Shown piece by piece: positions 1 to 13,774 of a DNA stretch of 63,806 nt. Position 1 is the stretch's first letter; the number at the start of each line of letters is the position of its first letter. The stretch comes from Octopus bimaculoides (taxonomy: Eukaryota): assembly GCF_001194135.2 (NCBI RefSeq), contig NC_068982.1, forward strand, positions 171,608,290 through 171,672,095, in the 5' to 3' direction. The position numbers and the translations under genes are program-made. The notes under the pieces were generated by a model. The model made no database searches, was not told where the DNA came from, and worked only from the letters and a program-made list of their open reading frames with translations.

Positions 1-99
1 CTTAATATATTCTAACATTTTCATTATGTTTGTTTTACACCAAATGTCATTGCTTCATTTTTGATAAACAACTTTGGAAAGCTAAGGAATGACTCGGAT

Positions 100-540
100 T
101 AATGATTTTAAATGTTTAGAGAAGTAGAAAGCAGAAGAGAATGACACAGAGAAAAATAGGAAGAGAGAGAAATGGAGAGAAACAGAGAGAGAGAGAGAGA
201 GAGAGAAAGAAAAGAGGAGAGGGAGACAGGGAGATAGAGAGAGCAGAAGAGCAAAGGAGAAAAAAGAGAATTTGAGGAGGATAATGGAAAGAGGAGAGGG
301 CAAAAAGTGAAAAAGCGTTTGGGAACTGGTGATGAAATAGCAAGTGAGGGGGAGAAGAGAGAGAGACAGCAGAAAATATCAGGAAGAGAAACAATGAAGA
401 TGAAGAGAGAGAAAGGAAGGCGAAGAGAGGAAGCGTGGAGAGATTGTTTGGAGAGGAAGAGAAAGGCCAACAGAGCGATATCTCTGCCAGGCAAGAGAAA
501 TAGTAGAAAGAAAGAGAGAAAGTGATAAAGAAGTATAGTG
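100..540. repeat. GA-rich low-complexity tract
   Basis: Near-continuous purine run with (GA)n cores; explains ORFs 82..525. Confidence 0.85.
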
Positions 541-902
541 ATACATATAGAATAAGAGAAAGTGATAGTAAAAAGAGAGATAGATGTGGTAGAGAATTAC
601 AAATAACTTACATATTTTCCGTCCCGGAAACAGACTCTATTAATTAGTCAACTCTAAGCTATATCCACATCGCATTAATTGAGTGGGTTATATTTTGTCA
701 CATTATATTGTTTACATTAATCTGAAATATATTACCACTTTCACCACTTTCTCATATATCAATCTATAATTTTTTTTTGTAGTACATTAATATATTTTCA
801 TGTTTTGTTTTATTTCTTTTAGTTTTTTTTTACATTTTGTTGTTGTTGTTAGAGTAATCGACATCATAATCGTCATGAACAATTTTAGAGTTGCTGATGT
901 TG

Positions 903-903
903 T

Positions 904-950
<47 letters not shown>

Positions 951-975
951 TCGCTACTGCTGCTACTAGTGCTGC
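903..975. repeat. (ACT)n microsatellite
   Basis: Tandem actactact... decaying into gctact. Confidence 0.9.
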
Positions 976-1126
976 TACTATTTATGTGAATTGTTTCTTT
1001 GAATTGCCATTTCCGTTCAGTGAAGTAATTTTATTTACTACATTAGGTAAATATCAAATTGAGAAAATGTGTGTGCATGTATGTATATGTATGTATATGT
1101 GTGCATGTGTGCGTATGTATACATAA

Positions 1127-1171
<45 letters not shown>

Positions 1172-1578
1172 ATGCATATGCGCATGCACATACACACACG
1201 TGCACAGTGCTGCAGAATATAGTTTTACTGCTTATAATGACAAGGTGTTTACATATATCTATTATGCACAATGTTAGATAAAGTTTATGGATATATGTAG
1301 ATAAGTAGTGTAATACTACATAGTGCTAAAACGAAAAACTATTAATATCCTAGGAATTTATTAATCGAATTTGCTGCCAATAATGCGTTATATATGCAAA
1401 TCAATCCCTGTGATTTACTGAGGAGGACTTCCCTGTGGGCCTTCACGAATTGGATGAAAATCTACAAATGCAGTGAAGTCAGAGGGTCCTAGTTTGAAAG
1501 AGATTAGAGTTTTGTAGTTCTTTGAAATTAATAAATATCTGTCCTGAAAAAGGCTTAAAGCTTCTAGAATGTGCCTAA

Positions 1579-2380
1579 TACGAAGTTTGTTCAAAAATGT
1601 ATCCGACTTTATTTTTCACGAAAAAGCTAATGCCGCAATGACAGAATCCTTTCGATGGGAGGTGACGTCACCCTTCCTGCACATGTGCATTGCTTGTCGC
1701 GCCGGTAGAGCGTGCCAGCTCTCGGCTGTTACAACTAGAGTACTGACGTGTTGTGCGCGCTCGAAAACATCGAACAGAGATCATAAACCCATATCTCATC
1801 ACAAGTGATGATGGTCTTCATGAAGTTTGGGTCGTAGTTTGCACTGTTCAGCATGTTTTGAGCGACTCCAGGCGAAGTTGCTTCGCTTTGGAAGGAAATT
1901 TGCCAACACTTCCCGCATTCACAAGTCCAGTTAAGACAGAAAACATTGACCCTATGGTTATTCCCAATGTGTGAGCAATTTCCTGGATTGTTACACGGCG
2001 GTCTTCCATAACTATTCACCGAATCTTCTTAATCATCTCCTTGTTTTGGATTTTGGATGGCCTTCCTCAGCGTGCCTCGCTATCCACTGAGGTTCAGTCT
2101 TGCTTGAAACGGCTGAATAACTCCTTGATTTGAGGTTTGTCCATGACATAATCGCCAAGGCCTGCTTGATGCGTTCGGTGAAAACGAAAATCCGACGAGC
2201 ACGAAACACGCGTCTGAACTCTAGGTGTAACAACCGGGAATGAACGCAGCCTGCCGGTGCAAAAGTTTTCACTTGCGCAGGAAGGGTGACGTCACCTCTT
2301 ACTCAAATAATTTTGTCTCTACAGCATCAGTTTTGACGAGAAAATTTCAAGTCCTATACTTTTAGAACGAACTTCATATA
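1579..2380 (-). mobile_element. Non-autonomous mariner derivative with long (~190 bp) diverged inverted arms
   Basis: TA-bounded TIR-like ends: tacgaagtttgttcaaaaatgtatccgactt (1579) vs reverse complement tatgaagttcgttctaaaagtataggactt (ending 2378). Internal 24/25 inverted match at 1659-1683 vs 2274-2298, both 80 bp from the termini. Confidence 0.85.
1775..2190 (-). pseudogene. Mariner transposase N-terminal/mid fragment, truncated at the first catalytic Asp
   Basis: Minus-strand translation with stops/shifts: MDKPQIKELFSRFKQD*TSVDSEAR*GRPS, EDRRVTIQEIAHTLGITIGS, DPNFMKTIITCDEIWVY (mariner IITGDETWVY motif). Confidence 0.85.
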
Positions 2381-3369
2381 ATGTCCACTTTACACTGGTG
2401 TGAAATGTCAAAACTTATAAAAAGATTTTCCGACTTTTGTATTGTTTTATGTTTTATTTTGAACTCATGACATTTGCCCTAACGTGTAATAGATGCTTTG
2501 AGGTTTGTAATTGTGTTTCCTTAACCGATAGCGTTACCATTTATTAAAGATTCTCAACAATTATGATAGCTTTTATTTCAATAGAAAGTTGTGTTTATTT
2601 AATTTCGAAAAGATTGCAATGCAAACAAGATTAGAAATCCCCATGTGCATCCTTATACGAATGTTTTACATAATAGTGTGTGTGTGGTGTGTGTATGTCT
2701 GCGTATGCGTGTGCGTGTGTATGTGCGCACGAGCATGTGTGTTTGTCTCTGTGTGTCTGTGTATTAGCCATTAGTTGTTTATATGTCAGGAAATATTCCC
2801 CTCTAATACAGAAACTGAATGGTTATAATTTTATATTATAGAGCTATATATCCTTCGTTATAAAATACAACCGGTCAGTTTATATTTTGCAGTTAATATT
2901 GCACTTTGCAATATTGACAACTCTTCAGACATGCTGGCTGCAAAACGCATAACCTATTTTGCGCTGGAATTGAATATACAGTCCTGGTACATTTGGATGT
3001 GATAAAAAGCGAAAAGAAAAAGGTGACGAAAAGTCTCCGGGATCGAATGAAGTGTTACCTCCCATGATACGGTGCCATTTGTCGCCGAAGTGGGTTTAGC
3101 TGTCCCAGAATATATACTTCCCTTCTTTAATACGAAAAATGGGCTATGTTATCAAAATGAATTTCCTTTCATGAGGTCAACGACTAGAAATCTCGCTTTT
3201 TGAGTTCATGAAGGCACTTGATGCGCGTAAATTTTTAGAATTATTCTTCTCTAGGCCAATTATTCTTCTCTAGCCTGTGACACTTCAATTAAAGGTCGAC
3301 CCAGGTTGTTCCAGTAGTTTCCTGTTGTTTTTCGTACAGCGTTCCTCACTCTTTTAATCGCCGTGTATA

Positions 3370-3700
3370 CCTGGTTAATGTTGCAACGTTTCGTCTCTCT
3401 TGCATTCTAAGAGAAGACCTGTGTTATTTATTCTGATCTTAAATGGGTCCTCAGTTGCTCCAAAGTTTTCTTTGTGAGTCTCTCCATTGTGGCTCTTTTG
3501 GATAGTAATACTTCTACTACGTCGAGCATAGATTCAGTGTTACACCGACCATTCAAAGGTCACTCACTAATAAACATATTTGAGAATTCAGCCCAAGCGT
3601 TTGTAGCTACACACTTTACATTGATTTTGCCTACGATAAACAAGCAGCGACCCGCAAAGCCAGAAACATTGCCTGTTGAAAGTAAGAGTATGAAGACTTA
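3370..3700 (-). mobile_element. Penelope-like element remnant: GIY-YIG endonuclease piece plus half hammerhead
   Basis: Minus strand reads *PLNGRCNTESMLDVVEV then NFGATEDPFKIRINN (cf. CPLxGxC..VY..V and YIGxTExxFKxRxNNH). It is followed by a stem gtcttctctt/aagagagac and GAAACGTT. Confidence 0.6.
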
Positions 3701-5049
3701 CAAATATTGACTTAGATGGATTGTCAAATAGGAAAAAAAAAAACATTGAAAGCCATTATGTAAAAGAAAATGATAAAGCTAGAATTCATTTGTGTTTTCA
3801 CTATGACCTGCCCAAAAGAAGCGCTGTTTCTCCTATGTCACATTATGCAGGTCTGTCAGTGAGATATATACCTGTGTGTGTGNNNNNNNNNNNNNNNNNN
3901 NNNNNNNNNNNNNNNNNNNNNNNNNNNNNNNNNNNNNNNNNNNNNNNNNNNNNNNNNNNNNNNNNNNNNNNNNNNNNNNNNNNNNNNNNNNNNNNNNNNN
4001 NNNNNNNNNNNNNNNNNNNNNNNNNNNNNNNNNNNNNNNNNNNNNNNNNNNNNNNNNNNNNNNNNNNNNNNNNNNNNNNNNNNNNNNNNNNNNNNNNNNN
4101 NNNNNNNNNNNNNNNNNNNNNNNNNNNNNNNNNNNNNNNNNNNNNNNNNNNNNNNNNNNNNNNNNNNNNNNNNNNNNNNNNNNNNNNNNNNNNNNNNNNN
4201 NNNNNNNNNNNNNNNNNNNNNNNNNNNNNNNNNNNNNNNNNNNNNNNNNNNNNNNNNNNNNNNNNNNNNNNNNNNNNNNNNNNNNNNNNNNNNNNNNNNN
4301 NNNNNNNNNNNNNNNNNNNNNNNNNNNNNNNNNNNNNNNNNNNNNNNNNNNNNNNNNNNNNNNNNNNNNNNNNNNNNNNNNNNNNNNNNNNNNNNNNNNN
4401 NNNNNNNNNNNNNNNNNNNNNNNNNNNNNNNNNNNNNNNNNNNNNNNNNNNNNNNNNNNNNNNNNNNNNNNNNNNNNNNNNNNNNNNNNNNNNNNNNNNN
4501 NNNNNNNNNNNNNNNNNNNNNNNNNNNNNNNNNNNNNNNNNNNNNNNNNNNNNNNNNNNNNNNNNNNNNNNNNNNNNNNNNNNNNNNNNNNNNNNNNNNN
4601 NNNNNNNNNNNNNNNNNNNNNNNNNNNNNNNNNNNNNNNNNNNNNNNNNNNNNNNNNNNNNNNNNNNNNNNNNNNNNNNNNNNNNNNNNNNNNNNNNNNN
4701 NNNNNNNNNNNNNNNNNNNNNNNNNNNNNNNNNNNNNNNNNNNNNNNNNNNNNNNNNNNNNNNNNNNNNNNNNNNNNNNNNNNNNNNNNNNNNNNNNTAT
4801 ATACATGTATGTATGTATATATGTATATATGTATATATGTAAGTATATATCTATATGTGATCCTTGAGATATAGATGCATTCGTGCACACATTCACATAG
4901 ACATAAACATGGAAATGCTTACATATGTATTCATACATATCTTCATGTGTGTGTGTGTGTGTGAATGTGTGCGTGCGTGCGAGCATGTGTGCGTGCGTGT
5001 GCGCGCCTAGTCTGTGTATTTGTGTTTCCTGATTTCTGCTTGAATTTGA

Positions 5050-6000
5050 CTCTGAGAATAGTTTGAATTCTCTAACTTTGAAAACATCCGAGAAAACAAA
5101 CTTGCTGAACTTATTAAGATTACGCTATTGCTAGAAATAGTAATTATACTTTCCTCAAATCTGTGTCGCCACACAGCGTCTTCAACAACATTAAATATAT
5201 AGTGTAATGTTGTCTTAGATGAAATTGATTAATTGCCATTGTTTTGTGGTTCGATCCTAAGTTAAGTAAAACAATAATCGTGCCGTCAAATGATGGAGCT
5301 GTATTCTGTGCTCTCTTCAACATAGCTTCAATTTACAATCTGTATATCAATTTGCTTTGCTACTTCTGGCTGATGTTAATAACTTATTCTGAAACCTTGA
5401 TGTTCAGCCATGACAAATTTCTACTACTACACGTATTATGAAGAGAAATGGCAATGAGGGAACCTTTTTTGTCGCTGGATCTGCTTGAAGTAATAATTAA
5501 TATCTATGAATGCTCAAGTCGAAACAGGAAAAACATGTATTGTTCATTGCTGGAATGCCTGTGGACATAGATCTGTTCTGTTAGGGTTTTTTCTCAGGCT
5601 ATGCAACAAAGATCATTAGGAAAGTATGACTTCGAGGGTGGCTCCTTAATTCAAAAGTAAAATGTAAATTCCTTCCATTGATTCGATGTATGAGTTATCT
5701 TTCCGATTTCGTAATTTTAAAAACATGAGAGTGAAATATTCTTTTGACCTACGGGTTTGTTAGTAGGTATCTGCGGCATGCTGCTGGGATAATGGATGCA
5801 TGATAACACAATCGATTTCACTACTTTCAATGAGTATATTGAATTTTGTCAGTGAACAGGTCTCGGTCTCAAAGCGACGAAAATATTTTGACAAATTAAA
5901 TTTAAATGTTGAAGTGAATCTAACGGATTTTGTGTGTTATTTTAAATGGCTTATAAACACCTTCCACGCTGCAATTGTTTTCGTTCCAGCACACGATCTC
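5050..6000 (-). mobile_element. Highly degenerate Penelope-like RT N-terminal region
   Basis: Minus-strand FNLSK (~5900) then IIT..SSDKKG (~5470, cf. KPADKG) in expected order and spacing; many stops. Confidence 0.35.
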
Positions 6001-6835
6001 AGATCAGNNNNNNNNNNNNNNNNNNNNNNNNNNNNNNNNNNNNNNNNNNNNNNNNNNNNNNNNNNNNNNNNNNNNNNNNNNNNNNNNNNNNNNNNNNNNN
6101 NNNNNNNNNNNNNNNNNNNNNNNNNNNNNNNNNNNNNNNNNNNNNNNNNNNNNNNNNNNNNNNNNNNNNNNNNNNNNNNNNNNNNNNNNNNNNNNNNNNN
6201 NNNNNNNNNNNNNNNNNNNNNNNNNNNNNNNNNNNNNNNNNNNNNNNNNNNNNNNNNNNNNNNNNAGGAAACGGTATACCACGCCCCTCATCTACACGAA
6301 AATAACACGAACACTAAAATATCAAACGAAATTGATACAGAAACTCCTCAGAATCATAATTCTCGCAAATGGTAAATTTATATATTATTGCATAAAATGA
6401 AGAAAATATTTCAGCAATGGTTAGTTGCCCACACCTTACAAAGAATATTGAGTTTCTCTTTAAAATACTTCGCACATATCTAGGGCGGGGTTGCTAGCAG
6501 TGACATAAACCTCATAGATTGCATCCCGATGTAAGCCAACGGATTAACGGACAAATGTTCACTCCTTCAAAATCTACAATCACTAACTTGCATGCACGCT
6601 GCTTCCGCTCTCCGTCTTTTCTGTCACCGATAGAATGACATCTACTTTATTAATCAACAGTCTGCATAATTTCTGTAATCATATCTACCGATGCATTTCT
6701 GTATTCTCTTATTTTTTGTCTGAAAGTGTTTCGCCTCTTCAAAACAATAAATAATTTGACCAATCATAACTAGAATAGTTGATCTTTGCGAGTACATACA
6801 TACATACATACATATATATTCATACATACATAAAA

Positions 6836-6869
<34 letters not shown>

Positions 6870-7344
6870 TCATATATACATATATGCTAATCCCTGTATA
6901 TTTATGATGATAAATGGTTTTACCGATAAAGGTTTTTTCATTCTGAACTACTTGGCAAAATTGTTAATTATTAATTCTATTATTAATTGACGATTCCCTG
7001 CCCCTATTCTTGTATATATATATATATATATGACCGCACGCGCGCGTGTGTGGATTTTTAGAAAAGAAGCATGTTAGTCGTTCAGTAAGAAATCTGCTTA
7101 TTGGTGGAGAAATAGGAGATTGTTGGTAGAGAAAGAAGAGAAATTGAAAGAAGAAAATGGAGTAGGGGTTGAAGGAAAAAATTAGAAATTATTCAAAGAA
7201 GTGTATTGCCGGTAACGAATGAATGAAAACTTAGTTATTCTCTATAGGCACTACACTCGTGTGAATTTAGATACATATGTCTGTGTGTGAATGTATATAT
7301 ATATATATATAGTCAATTCAAATAAGCGAACGATAGAATTAACA

Positions 7345-7460
7345 ATAAGAGATGATAAGATGACGTGGACAAGGAAAGTATTTGTTTGAAGCTCAGTAAA
7401 AAAGGAGAGCTTTTGACGTTTCAAGCATAACTCTTCGTTTGAAAGAGAAAGGGGAATGTC
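7345..7460 (-). repeat. Degenerate copy of the HHR-bearing repeat also seen at 50900-51070
   Basis: gacgtggacaaggaaagtattt..gctcagtaaa..tgacgtttcaagcataactcttcgt matches 50939-51020. Minus strand has GAAACGTC, with the core eroded to caaacga. Confidence 0.55.
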
Positions 7461-7521
7461 CAAGGAAGGAAAAGAAATCGCCACCAGCACATGTGTGTGT
7501 CCAACCCCTAACTCTCTCACG

Positions 7522-7555
<34 letters not shown>

Positions 7556-7724
7556 GCGCACGCATATAAATTATGCACAATATTCTTGCATAGTTGAGGG
7601 TTCTATTGACTAATAAGCAAAATGCATCACCTATACGTGTATGTGTGTGCACGTGTTTGTATATATGTACATAGTAGATATATATATATATGTATAACGT
7701 AACACATCCATAAATAAATGTATG

Positions 7725-7758
<34 letters not shown>

Positions 7759-8887
7759 TGTATGTATGTATGTATGCATGTATGCATGTGTGTATGTATA
7801 CACAGACATACCTACACATATATATATTCACAAAGTTTTGCATTGCCGAGAGTTGTTGAAGAGTGCACATTAATACTGGTGACTGAAATAGAAATATAAG
7901 TATAGATAGCAATTAACGTAGTTACTGTTTGACAATACTTGTAAAAATGTGATTATTTATTGATTACATCTTAAAGCCGAAAGAGGTCAGTCAATGAAAG
8001 AATTCACCCAAAATAACTGACCAATCACTGATCAATATATTGAGAGTGACATTTGACTTACCCTTTTTATCCTTCATCCAATTGTTATTACTGTTCTTGT
8101 TGTTGTTATTGCCATTCTTGTTCTTGTTCATGTTTCACTGTGTTGCTTTGTGCTTATTGTCTCTTTTGTGGCGTGGAAGTTTGTGTATGAAAATAATGTC
8201 TGAAATGTTCATAAAGAATGGTAAATCGGTCTGCTTTCGGACATTCCTGGCTTTTATCGTATTCATAGCTGTGTGACTATGTGACCTGATCAGTACTTTA
8301 CCATAAATACGTCTTTCATTCCACCTTCAACCTTGCAGCTCAATTAGCAACCCTGTGAAAGAAGACATTTCTTAATTTTTTTAGTATGATATATGTTCTT
8401 ATAACCGTATTCATATATTCTATATGTGTTAAGAAATAGAACGAACGAACGAAATTAGAAGGATAGGAGGGATTAGCAGAGCAATTTGTTGCTGTTTGTT
8501 TAGCTCCGGTTCAACACTCTTAGGTCTGACTTCGTAGTCAACAGCTTTTCAATCGTATCATGTTTGTGGATCTCCATCGTTCAACAGTGAAATTTCAGTT
8601 GTTCAAGCAAAGGAAAGAATCAAACCGTGAATCAAACCGTGTAAATGACTAACAGAATTCCAGTAACGCGTATATTTAACATAATTCTTTGAGAGAAAAT
8701 CAGCGTGACAAGAGTGTACCTTTTGAACAACTGTTACAATCCACCTAACGGGGTTCTATGGACTTCCATTCAATTTCATACATATTGAATAAACTGATGT
8801 CATTTTCCCAAGATATCAAGATTGATAAGTAGTGATGGCTGAGTTAACTTCTTAACTATTAGGCCATACTAGGACTAATATGTATGT

Positions 8888-9109
8888 TATTTCTTTATTG
8901 CCCACAAGGGGCTAAACATAGAGGGGACAAACAAGGGATGAAATCGATTACATCGACCCCAGTGCGTAACTGGTACTTAATTTATCGACCTTGAAAGGAT
9001 GAAAAGCAAAGTCGACCTCGGCGGAATTTGAACTCAGAACGTAGCGGCAGATGAAATACCGCTAAGCATTTAGCGCGGTATGCTAACGTTCCTGTCAGTT
9101 CGCCGCCTT
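8888..9109 (-). mobile_element. tRNA-derived SINE family A, tail type 1, full length
   Basis: A-box-like tgacaggaacgtt and B-box gagttcaaattcc on minus strand. 16-bp TSD ggactaata(t/c)gtatgt at 8872-8887 and 9111-9126. Confidence 0.9.
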
Positions 9110-10445
9110 GGGACTAATACGTATGTAGAATAATACTATCCAGAGTGTGTTTTCACAGTCCGTGGTGCAAAAGAAATTTTACATATGTTTCTAGCAGTCT
9201 AATTCGACTATGAGGTAAACCATCCCTCGTAAATATTCACTTGTCTGTTATTATATGTAAGATATACATACATTTTGTACATTCATAAATCTAGTGAAGA
9301 TATTTGTATCTCTATATTCTTAGTTAGACTTCCTCACTTTCAATCTTTTTGGTATTATTCTTGACGAATTGTTGTTGTTGTTGCTGTTGTTGTTTAGCAC
9401 ACATCAGTCCAATGATCATTGGTTTTACGTTGATGACCATACCATTTGTTTTTTTCATGTATTTCAGACAAAATGCCTCTCAAGCTAAATGATGTAATAT
9501 GTATTTACTTTCTGTTCTGGCGTTAGTGCATAATTTAAAGAAGGTGTTACATCTATTTCCAGCAGGTACCATATTCATGAATAGTCTTCTTCAATGTTTC
9601 AATAAATACATCATTTTTGTTATTTTCTGAAGAAAGTGTGTCATAACCAAATATACCTCATTATTAATAATTGCAGCTCTCTCAATGTTATTCTCGTGTG
9701 CGAGAAATACACATTCTAAAGAAATCCACATAAATTTTGTACTGTTACTTCTGACTCCCATCATGGAATTGATTATGTTTGGTTTCATCTTAAAAGAAAG
9801 TTAAATTGACAGAATGTTTAAGAATTAAGTATCTTAGAAATGCAAAGAGAGCAATGTCCATTAGAGAATTAAAGACACCCACTCCACTGAGAGTTTTGGG
9901 GAGTTTTTAGCCACATTAAAGAAACATCTGTTTGATTCTCTTATGACACAGTGGTGTTCCAGCATGACCGCAGCCGTATGGCTGAAATGAGTAAAAGAGT
10001 GTGTGAAAGAGAGAGAGTGAGAGAGGGAGAGAAAGACAGAGAGACAGACAGACAGATAATACAATTTGCTTGTATCCATGTGTCAGAGCACTATGTATGC
10101 GTGTCTGTGTGCGTGCTCTCACACAAACATACGCACGCATACACACACACTGCGCGTGCATAATTGTATGCATATTTTTGACTCTAATTATATGTTTGCA
10201 TATATAGATATATATGTGTGTGTGTACGTGTGTGTATAAGTATATATATANNNNNNNNNNNNNNNNNNNNNNNNNNNNNNNNNNNNNNNNNNNNNNNNNN
10301 NNNNNNNNNNNNNNNNNNNNNNNNNNNNNNNNNNNNNNNNNNNNNNNNNNNNNNNNNNNNNNNNNATATATATATACATATATATATATATACATACATA
10401 CATACATAATACATACATACATGCATACATACATACATACATACA

Positions 10446-10477
<32 letters not shown>

Positions 10478-10761
10478 CATACGCACACATTTAAATGTTA
10501 GACTTTGTCAGATGAGAGTTCTCATTGTATAGTCTAAAGTATATTGTTTACTTACTCTGAATTCTGACTTTTTTCCTCGCAACTCAGCTAGGACGAACAT
10601 TTCCCAGTTGAAAACTGAAGGAGCATGAAACTCAAGTTGCGAGTAAAAGGATTCAGTTTATGTATACAATATACACATATTTAGACAGACAGACAGACTG
10701 ACAGATAGACAGACAGACAGATAGATACATACATACATACATACATACATACATACATACA

Positions 10762-10792
<31 letters not shown>

Positions 10793-11513
10793 GTTATTCC
10801 GCTTTAATCTTTCAAATATTCACCAGAGAAAACGTTTTTTTAAACACTATTCTTGAATTGGAAGTTAAACAATATAAATAAGATAGGTATGTATAAGCTT
10901 ATGTGCATATATGTGTGTATGTATAATTGATGATTTAATTTTTATGTCGAGAAAAAACATAAGTTAATACGTTGAATGCTTTTAATGTATTATATCTTTT
11001 TGATAAAATCGTATCCATACCTATTTATATTTCTATGTATCAGTATGATCGTGCAGATATACACAAGTGTGAGTGTACGCAGGCCTTATTGTTTGTATGG
11101 TGTAATAATTGCTTTGTATTATATTGTATTTGCACTAATGATCTTAATAAACGTTTATTCGATATCAACTATAGGAACTTTTAAAATATTGTTGGTTTAA
11201 AGACACACAAAGAAACGTCGTCCCTGTGTTATTTCTAACCATTGAAGTGTAATCATACTACTGTATTAGCTCTGCTATACACCTCACTGTCATTATTTCA
11301 TTGCAGTACCTCAAACGCTGCAACCTATAATGTCATAAAATATGCAATTATTACGGGGAAACAAAATGAAACCCGCTTCATATATAACACCATCCCTCTT
11401 ACCCATGCCTCTGTAATTTCTACATCACCAGTTTCCTTACTAACAAATTACTTTTTCTACTACCATTACTACCACTACCATCATCTCATTTACAACTATC
11501 ATGAAAAACACAT

Positions 11514-12007
11514 TCCGAGTCTAATCGCGCACAGTGAGTGAATGTGTGCTCTTCTTTAGTGTCACATCTCACGAATGAACCTTTTTGGGATCGAATAGTG
11601 ACTGGTGATGAGAAATGGGTTCTCTATAAAAATGTCAAGCGGCGAAGACAGTGGGTAGAGGAAGGAGAAACCCCAGCTTCCGAGACTAAAAAATGGTTTT
11701 CACTCACATAAGGTGTTGTTATCTGTTTGCTGAGATATGAAAGTTTTAGTCCACTTTGAACTTTTAAATTAAAGCCAAACCAAACGATAAGAAAGATCTA
11801 ATGTGAGCAGCTTGAGCGACTTAAGTTAGTGCTAGAAGTAAGTGCTAGCAGTAAAACGACCATCTTTGGCTTCAAGACGAAAGGTGTTTTCCATCAAGAT
11901 AATGCTCGGCCACATATATCGAGGATAACATTCCAAAGGCTAGAGCAATTTGAATAGGAAACGATGCACCACCTACCATATTCCCTGGACATTGCCCCAT
12001 CTGATTA
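11514..12007 (+). mobile_element. Mariner transposase remnant, left part
   Basis: Translates NEPFWDRIVTGDEKWVLYKNVKRRRQW ... FHQDNARPH ... HLPYSLDIAPSDY; stops abruptly at TTA 12005-12007. Confidence 0.9.
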
Positions 12008-13774
12008 CATTGAAGAACATTTAAAAACAAGAAAATTTAGTTGTCTTGCTTTGTACAATTAGTCCTACCTAATTTGTTGGTGTTGGATTCAGAAGTGCCC
12101 CCAGAAATTTTCTATTAGATCAGTTCTTTTGATAAACAGGAATAAATTTTTTGTTTTTTNNNNNNNNNNTTTTTGTTTTTTTACCAAAAGGTCAATTTTG
12201 CCATTAAATCGTACTTTTTATTGTTTAGCAAATATATCACACAAAATGTTTAATTACACATCTTAGAATAGATATTTCTTTCAAACTGGAGTTTGAACTA
12301 CTCAAGGAATGAACTTTCTCTTTGTTGTTTTATGCGATAAATTGCATCATGACAGTCGCTTTGCAGTGATCAGCAGTAGACAGCACCATTTTGGTGTTCC
12401 ACCTGCCTTGAAACCTAGTTCCATGTTCTCGATGTTTTGGTGGAATCTTTTTCCTTGCTCTTCACTATTGCATTAGGATGTTCAAGGAAGTAGTCCAGAT
12501 GACTGTGCAGGAAATGCACATTTACACTCATGTTGCAGCCCAGTGCTCGAAAAGTGGTTAACTGGGTTTACACAAAATCTTCATAATTTGATGGCTTCCT
12601 GTTTCTCAGGACATCGGATACAGCAGCAGCAAAAGCATTCTATGCTTCTTTTTCAATGCCAGACATGGTCTCCAAAAATAGCTCGTCCTGCGATAATCAC
12701 CTAATATGTGGCCCATCAAACACTCCAACCTTATTTTTCTCTCAAGTAAAAGCTGGAAACTTTCTGCTTAAATATTTGAAGCAGCCATTGTCTCACTGTT
12801 TCAATACATGTTTTGCACACTATATGGGGTGCCCAAGCCTTGTCTTATCACCCAATTTCATGCTAAAGTAAGTAAGGAAGTAAGGTAAGCTTTCTTCACA
12901 AAACATGTGATTTTGTTTCACTGCCTAATCCAGAAATAAGCAGAAGACATGGGGACTGTTTTTACATTCTCTTCTCTCACAACTGGCCATATATCTGAAA
13001 TATAAAACATGTTCGAGCTAGTTGTCTGCTGGGAAAGCATTTTCAGAATAGTCAACAGTTATAAAGTAAGCAAATGCAGGTTTATGATGGCAAAGTTCCA
13101 TAAAGAGCATACATACCATGAAGTTCTTTTTACAGTTCTTTGACCATGCTTAACGAAAAGTGACCTTGACACATGTGACCTTACAATCTAAACATTAAGG
13201 GCACATTCAAATTGCCAATTTTCATAAGAGACAGTTAAAAGTTCGACAAAATATATCTCATCTAGTTTGCAATGATAGTCACACAAAATTTAGCAAAGCG
13301 TGGGCATATCTGCAAATAATTTCCACAAATATGAGACGCATGGCGTGAAGGGCCACAAGAATATGTTGTTTCTTAACATCTAATTGTATAGAGGACGTTT
13401 TTGTCATCATCATGACATTTGAAATTGGTTAAGTTGAAAATAATGAGGGCTGCTCAAGTTTGATACTTTTTATTTACTAAAGATACTTAAATCAGAACTT
13501 TTGTTTTCCCTTTCATAGTTGTATTTACTTTAAATGACATTGAAAAACTGTTTTCAAAGTTATGTCAAGCTCCATACATAGGTTCGCATTTGATGAAGTC
13601 AAATCTATCCTTAGAAATAGTGACAATACCAGAAATGTTGAAAAATGGACATCTCCATTTGAGAAAAATCTCGACGTGATAGAGCAAAATGGATTCCATT
13701 TTTGAAATCAGCACCCCCGAATTAGTAGGAAACATGTCTCCAACATCAGACAACAAAAACCCTGTTCTGCAGTG
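12008..13774 (-). mobile_element. Chapaev3-type (CMC) DNA transposon, internally deleted, inserted in the mariner
   Basis: TIRs cattgaagaaca / cactgcagaaca (10/12) and TTA duplication at 12005-12007 and 13775-13777. Minus-strand motifs NSPHVFC, VKKAY..YFSMKLGD, AWAPHIVCKTC, FKYLSRKFP, FDGPHIR, LGCNMSVNVHFLHSHLDYF, SEEQGKRFHQNI, RFQGRW, VYC*SLQ. Confidence 0.85.

Noticed and set aside
9440-9520. Acceptor-like tttcag followed by ATG
   Set aside because: The frame closes quickly and there is no supporting neighbouring exon.
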